From positions 25,253 to 89,252 of IMG/VR virus record IMGVR_UViG_3300037466_003153: a DNA stretch of 64,000 nt; one strand, written 5' to 3'. Origin of the DNA: a virus (Duplodnaviria > Heunggongvirae > Uroviricota > Caudoviricetes). Both the position numbers and the translations under genes were made by a program. Shown here piece by piece: positions 55,544 through 64,000 of this stretch. Under the pieces are notes generated by a model. The model saw only the letters and a program-made list of their open reading frames with translations, was not told where the DNA came from and did not search any database. Within the stretch, counting starts at the first letter, position 1, and each line of letters starts with the position of its first letter.

Positions 55544-56362
55544 ATGAAAAATTGGCTTATTTGCATTTTTGCTCTAGCTATGTCTAGCTGTTCGGTTGTT
55601 GGCCCTGGTGAAAAAGGAGTTTCTGTTTTCATGGGTGAAGTTCAACAAAACACTAAGGATAGCGGTTGGTATCTTTGGGTTCCATTCGTTCGTTCAGTGA
55701 AAACTATTAGCATTCGTGTTCAGAAGTCCGAAGTTGAATCAGAAGCTTCATCTAAGGATCTCCAAAAGGTGTTTGCTAAAGTTGCTCTTAACTGGCACGT
55801 AGACCCATCAACAGTTGGTAAGCTCCTTCAAGACATTGGTGATGAGAACGACGTTGTTGAACGTGCTATCATGCCAGCTGTTAACGAAGTTATGAAAGCA
55901 GCTACCGCTCAAATGACCGCAGAAGAAATTCTCACTAAACGTATCGAACTTAAGAAGAGTATCGATGAAGCTCTCATTGATCGTCTTAAGAAGTATAACG
56001 TATTGATTGATGACGTATCTCTAGTTAACCTTCATTTCACTCCAGAGTTTGACCATGCTGTTGAACAAAAGCAAGTTTCTGAACAACAAGCTAAGCAAGC
56101 TCAATATGTAGCACAAAAGGCAACTCAGGATGCTATTGCTGCAGTTAACAGAGCAAAAGGTCAAGCAGAAGCAGCTCTTGTTGTAGCAAAAGCACAAGCA
56201 GAATCTCAAAGACTTTTGAAGGCAAATCTAACTAAAGAAAATCTTCAACTTGAATGGATTAAGAAATGGAATGGTGATGTACCTTCTGTTTTAACTGGAA
56301 ACAGCAGTGGAATGATTTTTAATCTTCCTGGTAGTAAACCATCTAAAAAGTTCGAAGAGTAA
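55544..56362 (+). CDS. SPFH/band-7 (prohibitin/HflKC-like) domain lipoprotein
   Basis: Lipobox AMSSC. SPFH core GEKGVSVFMGEV...WYLWVPFVRSVKTISIRVQ, then an Ala/Gln-rich coiled coil EQKQVSEQQAKQAQYVAQKA. Confidence 0.65.
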   Translation: MKNWLICIFALAMSSCSVVGPGEKGVSVFMGEVQQNTKDSGWYLWVPFVRSVKTISIRVQKSEVESEASSKDLQKVFAKVALNWHVDPSTVGKLLQDIGDENDVVERAIMPAVNEVMKAATAQMTAEEILTKRIELKKSIDEALIDRLKKYNVLIDDVSLVNLHFTPEFDHAVEQKQVSEQQAKQAQYVAQKATQDAIAAVNRAKGQAEAALVVAKAQAESQRLLKANLTKENLQLEWIKKWNGDVPSVLTGNSSGMIFNLPGSKPSKKFEE

Positions 56363-56374
56363 TTACAGAGATGC

Positions 56375-56448
56375 TTGGGTAGCTCCCAAGACCAAACGTC
56401 AGGTGGCGTGACAAGCAGGGAGAGTCCTGCACATTTTTAAAGGGGATA
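56375..56448 (+). terminator. Tandem hairpins ending in a rho-independent terminator (GCAGGGAGAGTCCTGC + ACATTTTT)
   Basis: CTTGGGTAGCTCCCAAG hairpin, then GCAGG/CCTGC with a T-run. Confidence 0.45.
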
Positions 56449-56450
56449 AT

Positions 56451-56717
56451 ATGAAATTAGAAAAAGCTTATAAGAATCTTGATGTTGAAACAGTAAAAGA
56501 ATTGGAAGCTCTAGATGAGCAAGCTCTTAAGAAGCGTGTTGTTGAAGCTAACCAAGCAATGCAACAAGTAGCTAATGAGCTAGAAGCAAATGAAGAATAT
56601 CAAGAGTTGAAAGAATCACTCAAAGCCATGAGTGCTGGTAAACGTGAAGTCAATAAGAGACAGAACAGCGTTATTACCGTTTGCTTGCATATGCTTGAAA
56701 GTAAAGGTGTTGAATGA
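56451..56717 (+). CDS. Hypothetical coiled-coil protein (88 aa)
   Basis: ORF. Confidence 0.4.
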   Translation: MKLEKAYKNLDVETVKELEALDEQALKKRVVEANQAMQQVANELEANEEYQELKESLKAMSAGKREVNKRQNSVITVCLHMLESKGVE

Positions 56718-56935
56718 TTTTTAATTTCATTGAAATTTGCAGAACGGATGATAAGTACGCAGCTTATTATCTTAATGCAAACAAATCAAATGGATTGACT
56801 ATCCTAAGATATTTGACCAGATATTTTACTTTTGTTTCTACTTCTAATACCTGGAAATCTCCTACTGCAACATTTAAATCTGTTGAGAGTGGAACATACG
56901 TTCTTAGAGATAATAAGTTTGTAAAGATTTCATGA
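56714..56935 (+). CDS. Hypothetical protein (73 aa)
   Basis: ORF. Confidence 0.35.
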   Translation: MIFNFIEICRTDDKYAAYYLNANKSNGLTILRYLTRYFTFVSTSNTWKSPTATFKSVESGTYVLRDNKFVKIS

Positions 56936-56987
56936 AGAAGATCCTAAACAATACAAACGTGAATACCGCTTAAAAAATAAAAAGAAA

Positions 56988-57248
56988 TTGTATGAAAATA
57001 AAATGCGGTATTATCGTAAAAGAAAAGTTGAATTGGTAAGATTTATGGGTGGAGCGTGTTTTGATTGTGGAATACATTACAATGGTAAGAATGCGTGTAT
57101 ATTTCATTTTCATCACGTTGAGCCACATAAAAAGGAATTCAATATAAGATTTGCAAACTATAACAAAAATAAGATTATGAAAGAACTAGAAAAATGCGTT
57201 TTATTATGTGCAAATTGTCATGAAATGCAACACAGTTCGGAGTTTTGA
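56988..57248 (+). CDS. HNH endonuclease-like zinc-finger protein (86 aa)
   Basis: CFDCG...HFHHVEPH...CANCH. Confidence 0.45.
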   Translation: MYENKMRYYRKRKVELVRFMGGACFDCGIHYNGKNACIFHFHHVEPHKKEFNIRFANYNKNKIMKELEKCVLLCANCHEMQHSSEF

Positions 57249-58460
57249 ATGAAACAAGTTATTTCAGATACTAAAGTACCTATTAAAATTTGGACCGATG
57301 AAGTTGAAGAAGAATCAATGCGTCAACTTCGTAATATGTCTAATATGCCTTTCATCTACAAGCATATTGCCGTAATGCCGGATGTTCACGCAGGAAAAGG
57401 TTCTAGTGTCGGAACAGTAATTCCAACACAAGGAGCAATTTGTCCTTCAACCGTGGGCGTTGATATTGGTTGTGGAATGTGTGCAGCAAAGCTCCCATTT
57501 AATGTGGATGCTCTAGGTGGTGATGAACAACTTCGCAATCTTCGTCATAGCATTGAGCGTTCAATCCCTACTGGTCATCATGGAAATAAAATTGTGACAC
57601 CTTCAGCTTCTCAGTTTTTTAAGAGCTTAGGTGAAGTTTCACAATATGCTAAAGATCATATGCGTAACCATCATAACGTTATGCAAAAGGCTATTGCTTC
57701 TATCGGAACTCTTGGTGGTGGTAATCACTTCATTGAGATTTGTAAAGACCAAGATAACAACGCTTGGATTATGCTCCATAGCGGTAGTCGCAATGTGGGT
57801 AAATCTCTAGCAGAAATTCATATTGATAGGGCTAAAGGATTGATGAAACAATACTTTATTGATCTTCCTGATATGGATCTTGCTTTCTTAGCACAAGGAA
57901 CTGAAGAGTTTAAAAACTATCTTCATGACCTAATGTGGGCACAACAGTTTGCTATGTTCAATCGTCAAGAAATGATGAATCGTGTCATGGAACAAGTATA
58001 TCGACACGTTTATAAAAATGAATGGCAAGAAAAAATCAATACTAGAGTTGAATTCGTGGTAAATTGTCATCACAATTATACTTCGATTGAAAACCATTTT
58101 GGGAAGAATGTTTATGTCACTCGTAAAGGGGCTGTCTCCGCTCGCGAAGGTGAGTACGGTATCATTCCTGGCTCTATGGGCACTAGGTCTTATATCGTTA
58201 AAGGATTGGGTAATTCCGAATCTTTCTGTTCTTGTTCTCATGGTGCTGGCCGTAAAATGTCTAGAACCAAAGCAAGAGAACTCTTCACACTAGAAGATCT
58301 TAAGCAACAAACTGCAGGTATCGAGTGTCGTAAGGATGATGCAGTTATTGATGAGATTCCTGGCAGCTATAAAGACATCGATGTTGTTATGGAAAACCAG
58401 AAGGATTTGGTAACACCACTTTACGAGCTTAAACAACTCATCTGTATCAAGGGTGATTAA
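57249..58460 (+). CDS. rtcB: RtcB-family RNA 3'-phosphate/2',3'-cyclic-phosphate ligase
   Basis: PDVHAGKG, DIGCGM, GGGNHF, HNY and SCSHGAGR motifs, all RtcB hallmarks. Confidence 0.9.
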   Translation: MKQVISDTKVPIKIWTDEVEEESMRQLRNMSNMPFIYKHIAVMPDVHAGKGSSVGTVIPTQGAICPSTVGVDIGCGMCAAKLPFNVDALGGDEQLRNLRHSIERSIPTGHHGNKIVTPSASQFFKSLGEVSQYAKDHMRNHHNVMQKAIASIGTLGGGNHFIEICKDQDNNAWIMLHSGSRNVGKSLAEIHIDRAKGLMKQYFIDLPDMDLAFLAQGTEEFKNYLHDLMWAQQFAMFNRQEMMNRVMEQVYRHVYKNEWQEKINTRVEFVVNCHHNYTSIENHFGKNVYVTRKGAVSAREGEYGIIPGSMGTRSYIVKGLGNSESFCSCSHGAGRKMSRTKARELFTLEDLKQQTAGIECRKDDAVIDEIPGSYKDIDVVMENQKDLVTPLYELKQLICIKGD

Positions 58461-58639
58461 TGAAGTTCATTTTTAATCAGAAAGTAAAAATAACTGCTGG
58501 TTTTTATAAAGGTATGTGGGGATATGTAAAAAATGTCTCCAAACGATATGGGTTTTTTGGAAAGACTTGTTATTATATTAGAACTGAATCTGGTTGTCCT
58601 GATCTTTGGGTAGATGAAAATGAGTTGGAGATTGCATGA
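58460..58639 (+). CDS. Small protein (59 aa)
   Basis: TAATG overlap with rtcB. Confidence 0.3.
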   Translation: MKFIFNQKVKITAGFYKGMWGYVKNVSKRYGFFGKTCYYIRTESGCPDLWVDENELEIA

Positions 58640-59217
58640 GATTGGTAGGTGAAGAGTCTCGCAAGACTTACGAAGATAAACTTAAAAATGGCTTCTTTGA
58701 AAAGTACATGTCAGGAGAAGGTCTTGATATTGGCTTTTCTGGATACCTAGATAACGTAGTTCCAATTCTTGAAAATGCAATTGGAGTTGATACAAACTAT
58801 CCTGGCTATGATGGAAAGACATTACCATTTGAAGTTTGTTCACAGGATTATGTCTATTCTTCCCATTGCTTAGAACATATCCAAGATTACAAAAAAGCTA
58901 TTCAAGAGTGGTTTCGAGTAACTAATGTTGGTGGGCATGTTATTATTGTAGTCCCTCATCAATACTTGTACGAGAAACGTAAGAACCTACCTTCACGTTG
59001 GAATGGTGATCATAAGCGTTTCTACACACCTTCTTCTCTTTTAAAAGAAGTTGAAGAGTCACTACCGACAAATACATATCGCGTTAGATTTTTAGAAGAT
59101 GGCGATAAAGACTTTGATTATAGTATTGATCCAACTCAACATTCTAAAGGTCAATATGAAATCACTCTTGTAATCCAAAAGATTATACCAGCATCTTGGG
59201 AGCTAGATAATGTTTAG
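58636..59217 (+). CDS. Class I SAM-dependent methyltransferase (Methyltransf_11-like)
   Basis: GLDIGFSGY...GVD (motif I and post-I) and SSHCLEHI (motif II-like). Confidence 0.5.
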   Translation: MRLVGEESRKTYEDKLKNGFFEKYMSGEGLDIGFSGYLDNVVPILENAIGVDTNYPGYDGKTLPFEVCSQDYVYSSHCLEHIQDYKKAIQEWFRVTNVGGHVIIVVPHQYLYEKRKNLPSRWNGDHKRFYTPSSLLKEVEESLPTNTYRVRFLEDGDKDFDYSIDPTQHSKGQYEITLVIQKIIPASWELDNV

Positions 59218-60157
59218 AGATGGTCACTTTAGACCTAAATATACGTTAACGATTGTTTTTAATGATGGCGGTCTTGGAGATAACATTGCTCGCATGACTG
59301 CTATTAAATACATCAAGGATACAAATAAGAATTTCCATATCAATCTTATTGTTCCTGATTATTTCAAAGAGCTTGCTAATAACTTAGTTCCTGATCTAGA
59401 GATTCATACTTTTAGTGAAGGTCCAAGCCATTGGATGAGAAAAGCACCTGCTCTTCAAACTCGAAACGCAGCACATGACGCATTGAAAAGTCATCTTGTT
59501 GACCACGCTTTCCATGTTCTAGTTAATAGACAAGTTGACATTGAAGATAAAAACTATTGTAAACTTAATACTAAAGCTATTGATATTACTAAATTTAATC
59601 TCCCAGAGAAGTATGTCATTGTAACTACAGGATTTACTGCTCCAGTGAGAGAAATGTTACCACAAACAATTAACGATGTGGTAACTTTTGTCAAGTCTAA
59701 AGGATATGAAGTTGTTTTCTTGGGAAGCAAAGAAGCTGCTACCGGAATGCAACACAACATCCAAGGGAATTTCAAAGAAGAAATCGATTTCACTGCAGGA
59801 ATTGATCTTATTAATAAGACAAGCATCCTAGAAGCAGGGAAAATCATCTCACAAGCTAAAACTATTGTTGGACTAGATAACGGACTTCTCCATCTAGCCG
59901 GAACAACAGACATTCCTATTGTCATGGCTTTCACAACTGTAGATCCAGTTCATAGACTTCCCTATAGAAACAATCAATTGGGTTATAATTGTCAGGTAGT
60001 AGTTCCTGAACCTAGTCTCAAGTGTCGTTTTTGTCAGTCTAATTGGGACTTTGTATACAATCACGACTTTAAGTATTGTTTTTATAAGGATTATAAATGC
60101 ACCAAGATGCTAACCGCTAATAAGTATATAGAAAAATTAAATTTGTTATTGAACTAA
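59210..60157 (+). CDS. Glycosyltransferase family 9 (heptosyltransferase-like)
   Basis: GGLGDNIARMTAIKYIKD and VGLDNGLLHLAGTTDIPIVMAF match the GT9 signatures (GxGDxI..; vgnDsGpmHlAaA.g.P.valFgpT). Confidence 0.55.
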   Translation: MFRDGHFRPKYTLTIVFNDGGLGDNIARMTAIKYIKDTNKNFHINLIVPDYFKELANNLVPDLEIHTFSEGPSHWMRKAPALQTRNAAHDALKSHLVDHAFHVLVNRQVDIEDKNYCKLNTKAIDITKFNLPEKYVIVTTGFTAPVREMLPQTINDVVTFVKSKGYEVVFLGSKEAATGMQHNIQGNFKEEIDFTAGIDLINKTSILEAGKIISQAKTIVGLDNGLLHLAGTTDIPIVMAFTTVDPVHRLPYRNNQLGYNCQVVVPEPSLKCRFCQSNWDFVYNHDFKYCFYKDYKCTKMLTANKYIEKLNLLLN

Positions 60158-60187
60158 CAAGCTAATAGTGTTAAAATTAGGATCTAT

Positions 60188-60547
60188 ATGACGTTACAGG
60201 AAGTAATGAAATCCGGTAAAAAGTTTCGAAGACCAAATTTCAAACCATATATGGGTAGGGAAACTTTCTTATTCGTTGATGGTAATAAAATCTTATTTTT
60301 TAACACACATTCGGAATGGCAACCTAGAGTTGAAGATATTACAGCTACCGATTGGGTATTAGAAGAAGAGAAACGAGAATTTACATTCAAAGAAATTTTT
60401 GAAGCAGTAATTAATGTTTCATCAACTTCAGATTCTCAATCTAATTTTGAAAAAAATCTAAAAACAGCTTTAGGATATGACAATTCTTCAATGAGTCATT
60501 ACTGCGAAGGTTTGTTTTGTGATGAATGTAATGAATGGAAATTTTAA
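60188..60547 (+). CDS. Hypothetical protein (119 aa)
   Basis: ORF. Confidence 0.4.
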   Translation: MTLQEVMKSGKKFRRPNFKPYMGRETFLFVDGNKILFFNTHSEWQPRVEDITATDWVLEEEKREFTFKEIFEAVINVSSTSDSQSNFEKNLKTALGYDNSSMSHYCEGLFCDECNEWKF

Positions 60548-61632
60548 TGAAACAATTACTTAGTTTTGATGACGTTTTGATTGTTCCACATTTTTCAAAA
60601 ATCAAGTCTCGTAAAGACGTTGATCTTTCGCAATATTTTTGTGGATTGAAATTAGACCTTCCTATCATTAGTTCAAACATGGATACCGTAACAGGTGTTA
60701 ACATGGCTAATGCTATGCGTGAAGCTGGAGCAGTCGGCGCTCTACATCGTTTCATGAGTATCGACGAGAACGTTAAACAATTTTTAGAAACTTCTACCGG
60801 TACTATTGTTTCTATCGGTCTTGGAAAAGAAGAATTAAAACGTGCTGAAGCTCTACACTTCTCAGGAGCTAATACAATTCTTATCGATGTTGCCCATGGT
60901 GCTTCGATGGAAGTTGTAAATCAAGTTAAACAACTCAGAGAGTTTTTTGGTTATAATCTTTCAATTATTGTTGGGAACTTCGCAACATCACAATCGATTA
61001 GAGATTTTAACCATCACTTACGTAAAGATTATGTTGATGCGTATAAAGTTGGTATTGGGGGCGGGTCTGCTTGTCTTACTCGTGTTGTTACAGGATGTGG
61101 TGCTCCCACTCTTGCGAGCGTTCTTGATTGTGCTACTGTCGGTGTCCCTATCATTGCTGATGGTGGTATGCGCACTAGTGGTGACATTGCTAAGGCACTT
61201 GCTGCTGGTGCTACAACTGTAATGCTTGGCGGAATGCTAGCAGGAACAGATGAATCTCCTGGTGAAATTGTAAATAAAGAAGGCCATCCTGTTGATTTAA
61301 TAACAAAATGTGTAAAACCTACTAATGATCCAAGGGATTGGTATTACGATAACAAACTAACTCTTTATAAAAAATATCGTGGATCAGCTTCAACAGAATC
61401 TTACGAAATTCAAGGAAAGCTCGCTTCACACCGATCTTATGAAGGAGATAGTTTTTTAGTTCCTTTTAAGGGTCATGTTGGTAATGTTCTCCAACAAATT
61501 GAAGGTGGACTACGTTCAGCTCTATCATACGTTGGTGCTTCTAATATGGATGAATTTAGAGAGTATGCAGAGTTAATTCAAATTACTTCCGCTGGAACTA
61601 AGGAAAATGGAAGTCATGGCCGAAATTCGTAA
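60547..61632 (+). CDS. guaC: GMP reductase (GuaC-like; IMPDH/GMPR family without CBS insert)
   Basis: The N-terminus (FDDVLIVPHFSKIKSRKDVDL) and catalytic loop (GIGGGSACLTRVVTGCGAPTL) align with the E. coli GuaC pattern. Size ~360 aa. Confidence 0.75.
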   Translation: MKQLLSFDDVLIVPHFSKIKSRKDVDLSQYFCGLKLDLPIISSNMDTVTGVNMANAMREAGAVGALHRFMSIDENVKQFLETSTGTIVSIGLGKEELKRAEALHFSGANTILIDVAHGASMEVVNQVKQLREFFGYNLSIIVGNFATSQSIRDFNHHLRKDYVDAYKVGIGGGSACLTRVVTGCGAPTLASVLDCATVGVPIIADGGMRTSGDIAKALAAGATTVMLGGMLAGTDESPGEIVNKEGHPVDLITKCVKPTNDPRDWYYDNKLTLYKKYRGSASTESYEIQGKLASHRSYEGDSFLVPFKGHVGNVLQQIEGGLRSALSYVGASNMDEFREYAELIQITSAGTKENGSHGRNS

Positions 61633-61852
61633 TATAAAAGATTTTAAAGATGTAAAGAAAGCTAAGGTGTATCGAACACACCTAACGGCAATCTTGAAAG
61701 TAGTGAACCTAAGTATTGAAGGATTGAAACATTTCGAAATTTATACGTCTGTAAGAGAGATTCAAAAAACATTAAGATTTGAGAAGAAAATTCTAGAATC
61801 TCATTTATTTAAAGTAGAAAAGCTTATTAAGGAAAAGAGTAGTAATGAGTAA
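61607..61852 (+). CDS. Hypothetical protein (81 aa)
   Basis: ORF overlapping the guaC 3' end. Confidence 0.35.
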   Translation: MEVMAEIRNIKDFKDVKKAKVYRTHLTAILKVVNLSIEGLKHFEIYTSVREIQKTLRFEKKILESHLFKVEKLIKEKSSNE

Positions 61853-62642
61853 CAAAAAAACTGGTCCTAGAGTACTTATTTTTGACATCGAAACTTCACC
61901 AATTGAAGCAAGGGTATGGGGTTTATGGGATCAAAACATTGGACTTAACCAAATTATCAAAGATTGGACAGTACTTAGTTGGTCTGCCAAATGGCTAGGT
62001 GATAGTCCTGATAAGGTAATGTATCAGGATACTAGAAATCAAAAAGATATTAGAAACGATAAGAAGCTTCTTAAAAAGATGCACGCTTTGTTGGATGAAG
62101 CTGACATTGTTATTACCCAAAACGGTATTAGATTTGATCAAAAGAAGCTTAATGCTCGATTTGTTTTAAACGGATTTACTCCACCAAGTCCTTATAAACA
62201 TATTGATATTTGCGTAATTTCTCAAACGGTTTTCGGATTTACCAGCAATAAGTTGGAATATCTAACCGATAAGCTTTGTACAAAATATAAGAAACAAAAG
62301 CATAAAAAGTATCCTGGTATGGAACTTTGGAATGCTTGTTTGGATAATAAGCAAGATGCTTGGGAAGAAATGGAAACTTACAATAAGTATGACGTTCTTT
62401 CCCTAGAAGAACTTTACTACATTGTTTCTCCTTGGAAGAAATCAATTCAATTCAGTCTCTATCATGATGGTGACGATTACGTTTGTAATTGTGGTGGTGA
62501 TAAATTTGAAAGACGCGGCTTTAGTTATACAACAACAGGTAAATATCAACGCTTCCGTTGTAAAAAATGTGGAGCTTGGTCAAGGGGAGCTGAAAATTTA
62601 TTGGATAAAGATAAAAGAAAATCCTTACACAGAAAGATCTAA
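61845..62642 (+). CDS. DEDD-family 3'-5' exonuclease with C-terminal zinc ribbon
   Basis: Exo I LIFDIETS. C-terminal CNCGG...CKKCG. Confidence 0.5.
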   Translation: MSNKKTGPRVLIFDIETSPIEARVWGLWDQNIGLNQIIKDWTVLSWSAKWLGDSPDKVMYQDTRNQKDIRNDKKLLKKMHALLDEADIVITQNGIRFDQKKLNARFVLNGFTPPSPYKHIDICVISQTVFGFTSNKLEYLTDKLCTKYKKQKHKKYPGMELWNACLDNKQDAWEEMETYNKYDVLSLEELYYIVSPWKKSIQFSLYHDGDDYVCNCGGDKFERRGFSYTTTGKYQRFRCKKCGAWSRGAENLLDKDKRKSLHRKI

Positions 62643-62644
62643 TT

Positions 62645-62968
62645 ATGTCTAAAAAGTTATTAGAGCTTATTCCTAATAGTGTGAGGATTAAGCATAATAT
62701 TAATTATGAAGTAGTATGGTGCGATAGCTTCCCTAACCCTAAACAGGTAGGGGAGTGTCGTCCTGCTCCTATTAGACAAATAGTTATTAAGAAAGGTGAG
62801 AGTCCAACAGAGACTTACAAAACCTTTATTCATGAAACATTACATGCGATTAACTTTGAATGTGAAGGATTAACTCTTACCGAAAATCAAACTGGCTTAT
62901 TAGAGAATGAGCTTTTTAGAGTAATGAAGTTGAACAAACTCCTTGAAGTGTTTCTAAAGAACAGGTAA
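62645..62968 (+). CDS. Putative HExxH zinc metallopeptidase-like small protein
   Basis: FIHETLHAINFE (HExxH). Confidence 0.35.
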   Translation: MSKKLLELIPNSVRIKHNINYEVVWCDSFPNPKQVGECRPAPIRQIVIKKGESPTETYKTFIHETLHAINFECEGLTLTENQTGLLENELFRVMKLNKLLEVFLKNR

Positions 62969-62979
62969 AATAAACTAAT

Positions 62980-63384
62980 ATGGAACAACCAAACCCAATT
63001 CCAAATACCAGCACTCCAATTGTCGATTTAGTTATGGAAGATATGAAGGAACGTAAGCGTTTAGGTATTGAACGTTACGGTACACCCTTACAAGCTAATA
63101 ACGGTAGAGATGCTCTTAGAGACGCTTATGAAGAAGCTCTAGACTTGGCCATCTATCTTAGACAAGCAATTGAAGAACGTCCTAAACCTGCACCTCAGCT
63201 TGAACCTTTTGCAAAAGGAACCATTGTTCAAATTGTTAAAAGTTCTGTGTATCCAGAATATAATGGTCGTTTTGGTAGGATTGCGGAATATTATGCGAAC
63301 AGCCCTGATAAACATTACATGATCAAGTTTAATGAAACATATTGTTATTGTACTGCAGATGAATTTATAAAAGTTGGTTATTAA
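62980..63384 (+). CDS. Hypothetical protein (134 aa)
   Basis: ORF. Confidence 0.4.
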   Translation: MEQPNPIPNTSTPIVDLVMEDMKERKRLGIERYGTPLQANNGRDALRDAYEEALDLAIYLRQAIEERPKPAPQLEPFAKGTIVQIVKSSVYPEYNGRFGRIAEYYANSPDKHYMIKFNETYCYCTADEFIKVGY

Positions 63385-63386
63385 TT

Positions 63387-63560
63387 ATGAAAACTGATCT
63401 TAAATTTATCTTCGATATCATTAATGGTAAAATTGATGAATACGAAAGAATGTACGATGAAGGTGAAATAAGCGTAATTGAAGGGGAAGCTGCTGTAGAA
63501 GCTTTAATTAATTTAAGAACAACGCTTAAAAGTTTTATTGATGAGGCGAACAAACTATGA
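63387..63560 (+). CDS. Small acidic protein (57 aa)
   Basis: ORF with ATGA coupling. Confidence 0.3.
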   Translation: MKTDLKFIFDIINGKIDEYERMYDEGEISVIEGEAAVEALINLRTTLKSFIDEANKL

Positions 63561-64000
63561 AAATTAAATTCTCAAAACTACATCCAGAGGCAATCACACC
63601 AACAAGTGCCAAGAAAGGTGATGCCGGTTTTGATCTCACTGCTATTTCTTACAATTATGTTCCAAATGCAGACGTGCCCTATTACAACTACGAATTCGGT
63701 CTAGCTGTAGAGATTCCTGAAGGTTATGTAGGATTACTCTTCCCTCGTTCTAGTGTGAGCAATAAAGACGTTATGCTTACTAATTGCGTAGGTGTTGTGG
63801 ATAGTGGTTATCGTGGACCACTCTCAGCTCGCTTTAAGACAACTCATTTCAAAGGTGAGCTACCTAAGATTTACAAAGCAGGTGAACGTGTTGTTCAACT
63901 TGTTATTGTTCCATATCTACAGGCCGAATTTGAAGAAGTTTCTTATGATGAATTAAGTAAAACTGAACGTGGAGAAGGTGGTTTCGGTTCATCAGGTAAG
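63557..64000 (+). CDS. dut: dUTP diphosphatase (dUTPase), 3'-truncated by the window end
   Basis: Motifs AGFDL, PRSS-like RSSVS and GVVDSGYRGP. Confidence 0.75.
   Translation, partial: MKIKFSKLHPEAITPTSAKKGDAGFDLTAISYNYVPNADVPYYNYEFGLAVEIPEGYVGLLFPRSSVSNKDVMLTNCVGVVDSGYRGPLSARFKTTHFKGELPKIYKAGERVVQLVIVPYLQAEFEEVSYDELSKTERGEGGFGSSGK

Noticed and set aside
1-64000. tRNA genes, CRISPR arrays, integrase/transposase/IS elements.
   Set aside because: No T-loop-like GGTTCGA(A/T)TCC-type sequences with cloverleaf potential were found. No regularly spaced direct repeats. No recombinase motifs. The HNH homing endonucleases are the only mobile-element-like genes.

Overview
This window reads as a segment of a large, AT-rich, virulent-type dsDNA phage genome; I found no integrase, transposase, tRNA, rRNA or CRISPR array.

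**Layout.**
- Positions 1-8880 are a minus-strand late/structural module: a partial acidic protein at the window edge, a tail fiber, two structural paralogs sharing an SNPLPV motif, a probable portal with a long PQG-rich disordered tail, the large terminase and small Zn-ribbon/coiled-coil ORFs.
- A conserved 20-22 bp motif recurs four times in this module. Two copies are an identical 22-mer. I read it as the late promoter.
- From 9063 to the window end everything is plus-strand early/middle genes:
  - a secreted subtilase;
  - an RNA-repair toolkit (Rnl2-like RNA ligase, DHH phosphoesterase, RtcB, a GS/DxD nucleotidyltransferase);
  - a sigma-70 region-4-like protein;
  - a Ser/Thr phosphatase gene broken by a 2-nt frame disruption;
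  - a dCMP-deaminase-like protein;
  - a 1.2 kb ORF-free AT-rich region with direct and inverted repeats (ori or regulatory hub candidate);
  - a run of tiny early genes, including a HicA-like toxin, driven by a family of TTGACGCA-type sigma70-like promoters;
  - a collagen-like lipoprotein, an SLT transglycosylase, a stand-alone CheY-like receiver and a class II-like ribonucleotide reductase with a structured GC-rich leader;
  - a macro-domain protein;
  - a compositionally foreign GC-rich three-gene island containing a roughly 190-nt highly structured noncoding element;
  - an Adps/Prs-like plus NAMPT-like pair split by an HNH endonuclease gene;
  - an ERF annealase plus PD-(D/E)XK exonuclease recombination pair, an AEP-primase/SF4-helicase, ThyX, a family B DNA polymerase, an SPFH lipoprotein, a methyltransferase plus GT9 glycosyltransferase pair, GMP reductase, a DEDD exonuclease and a partial dUTPase.

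**Most interesting locus.** The candidate NAD/ADP-ribose counter-defence cluster at about 40.3-44.8 kb and its embedded structured-RNA island.

**Limits.** All functional calls rest on motif-level recognition by eye. None has been checked by any search or computation.
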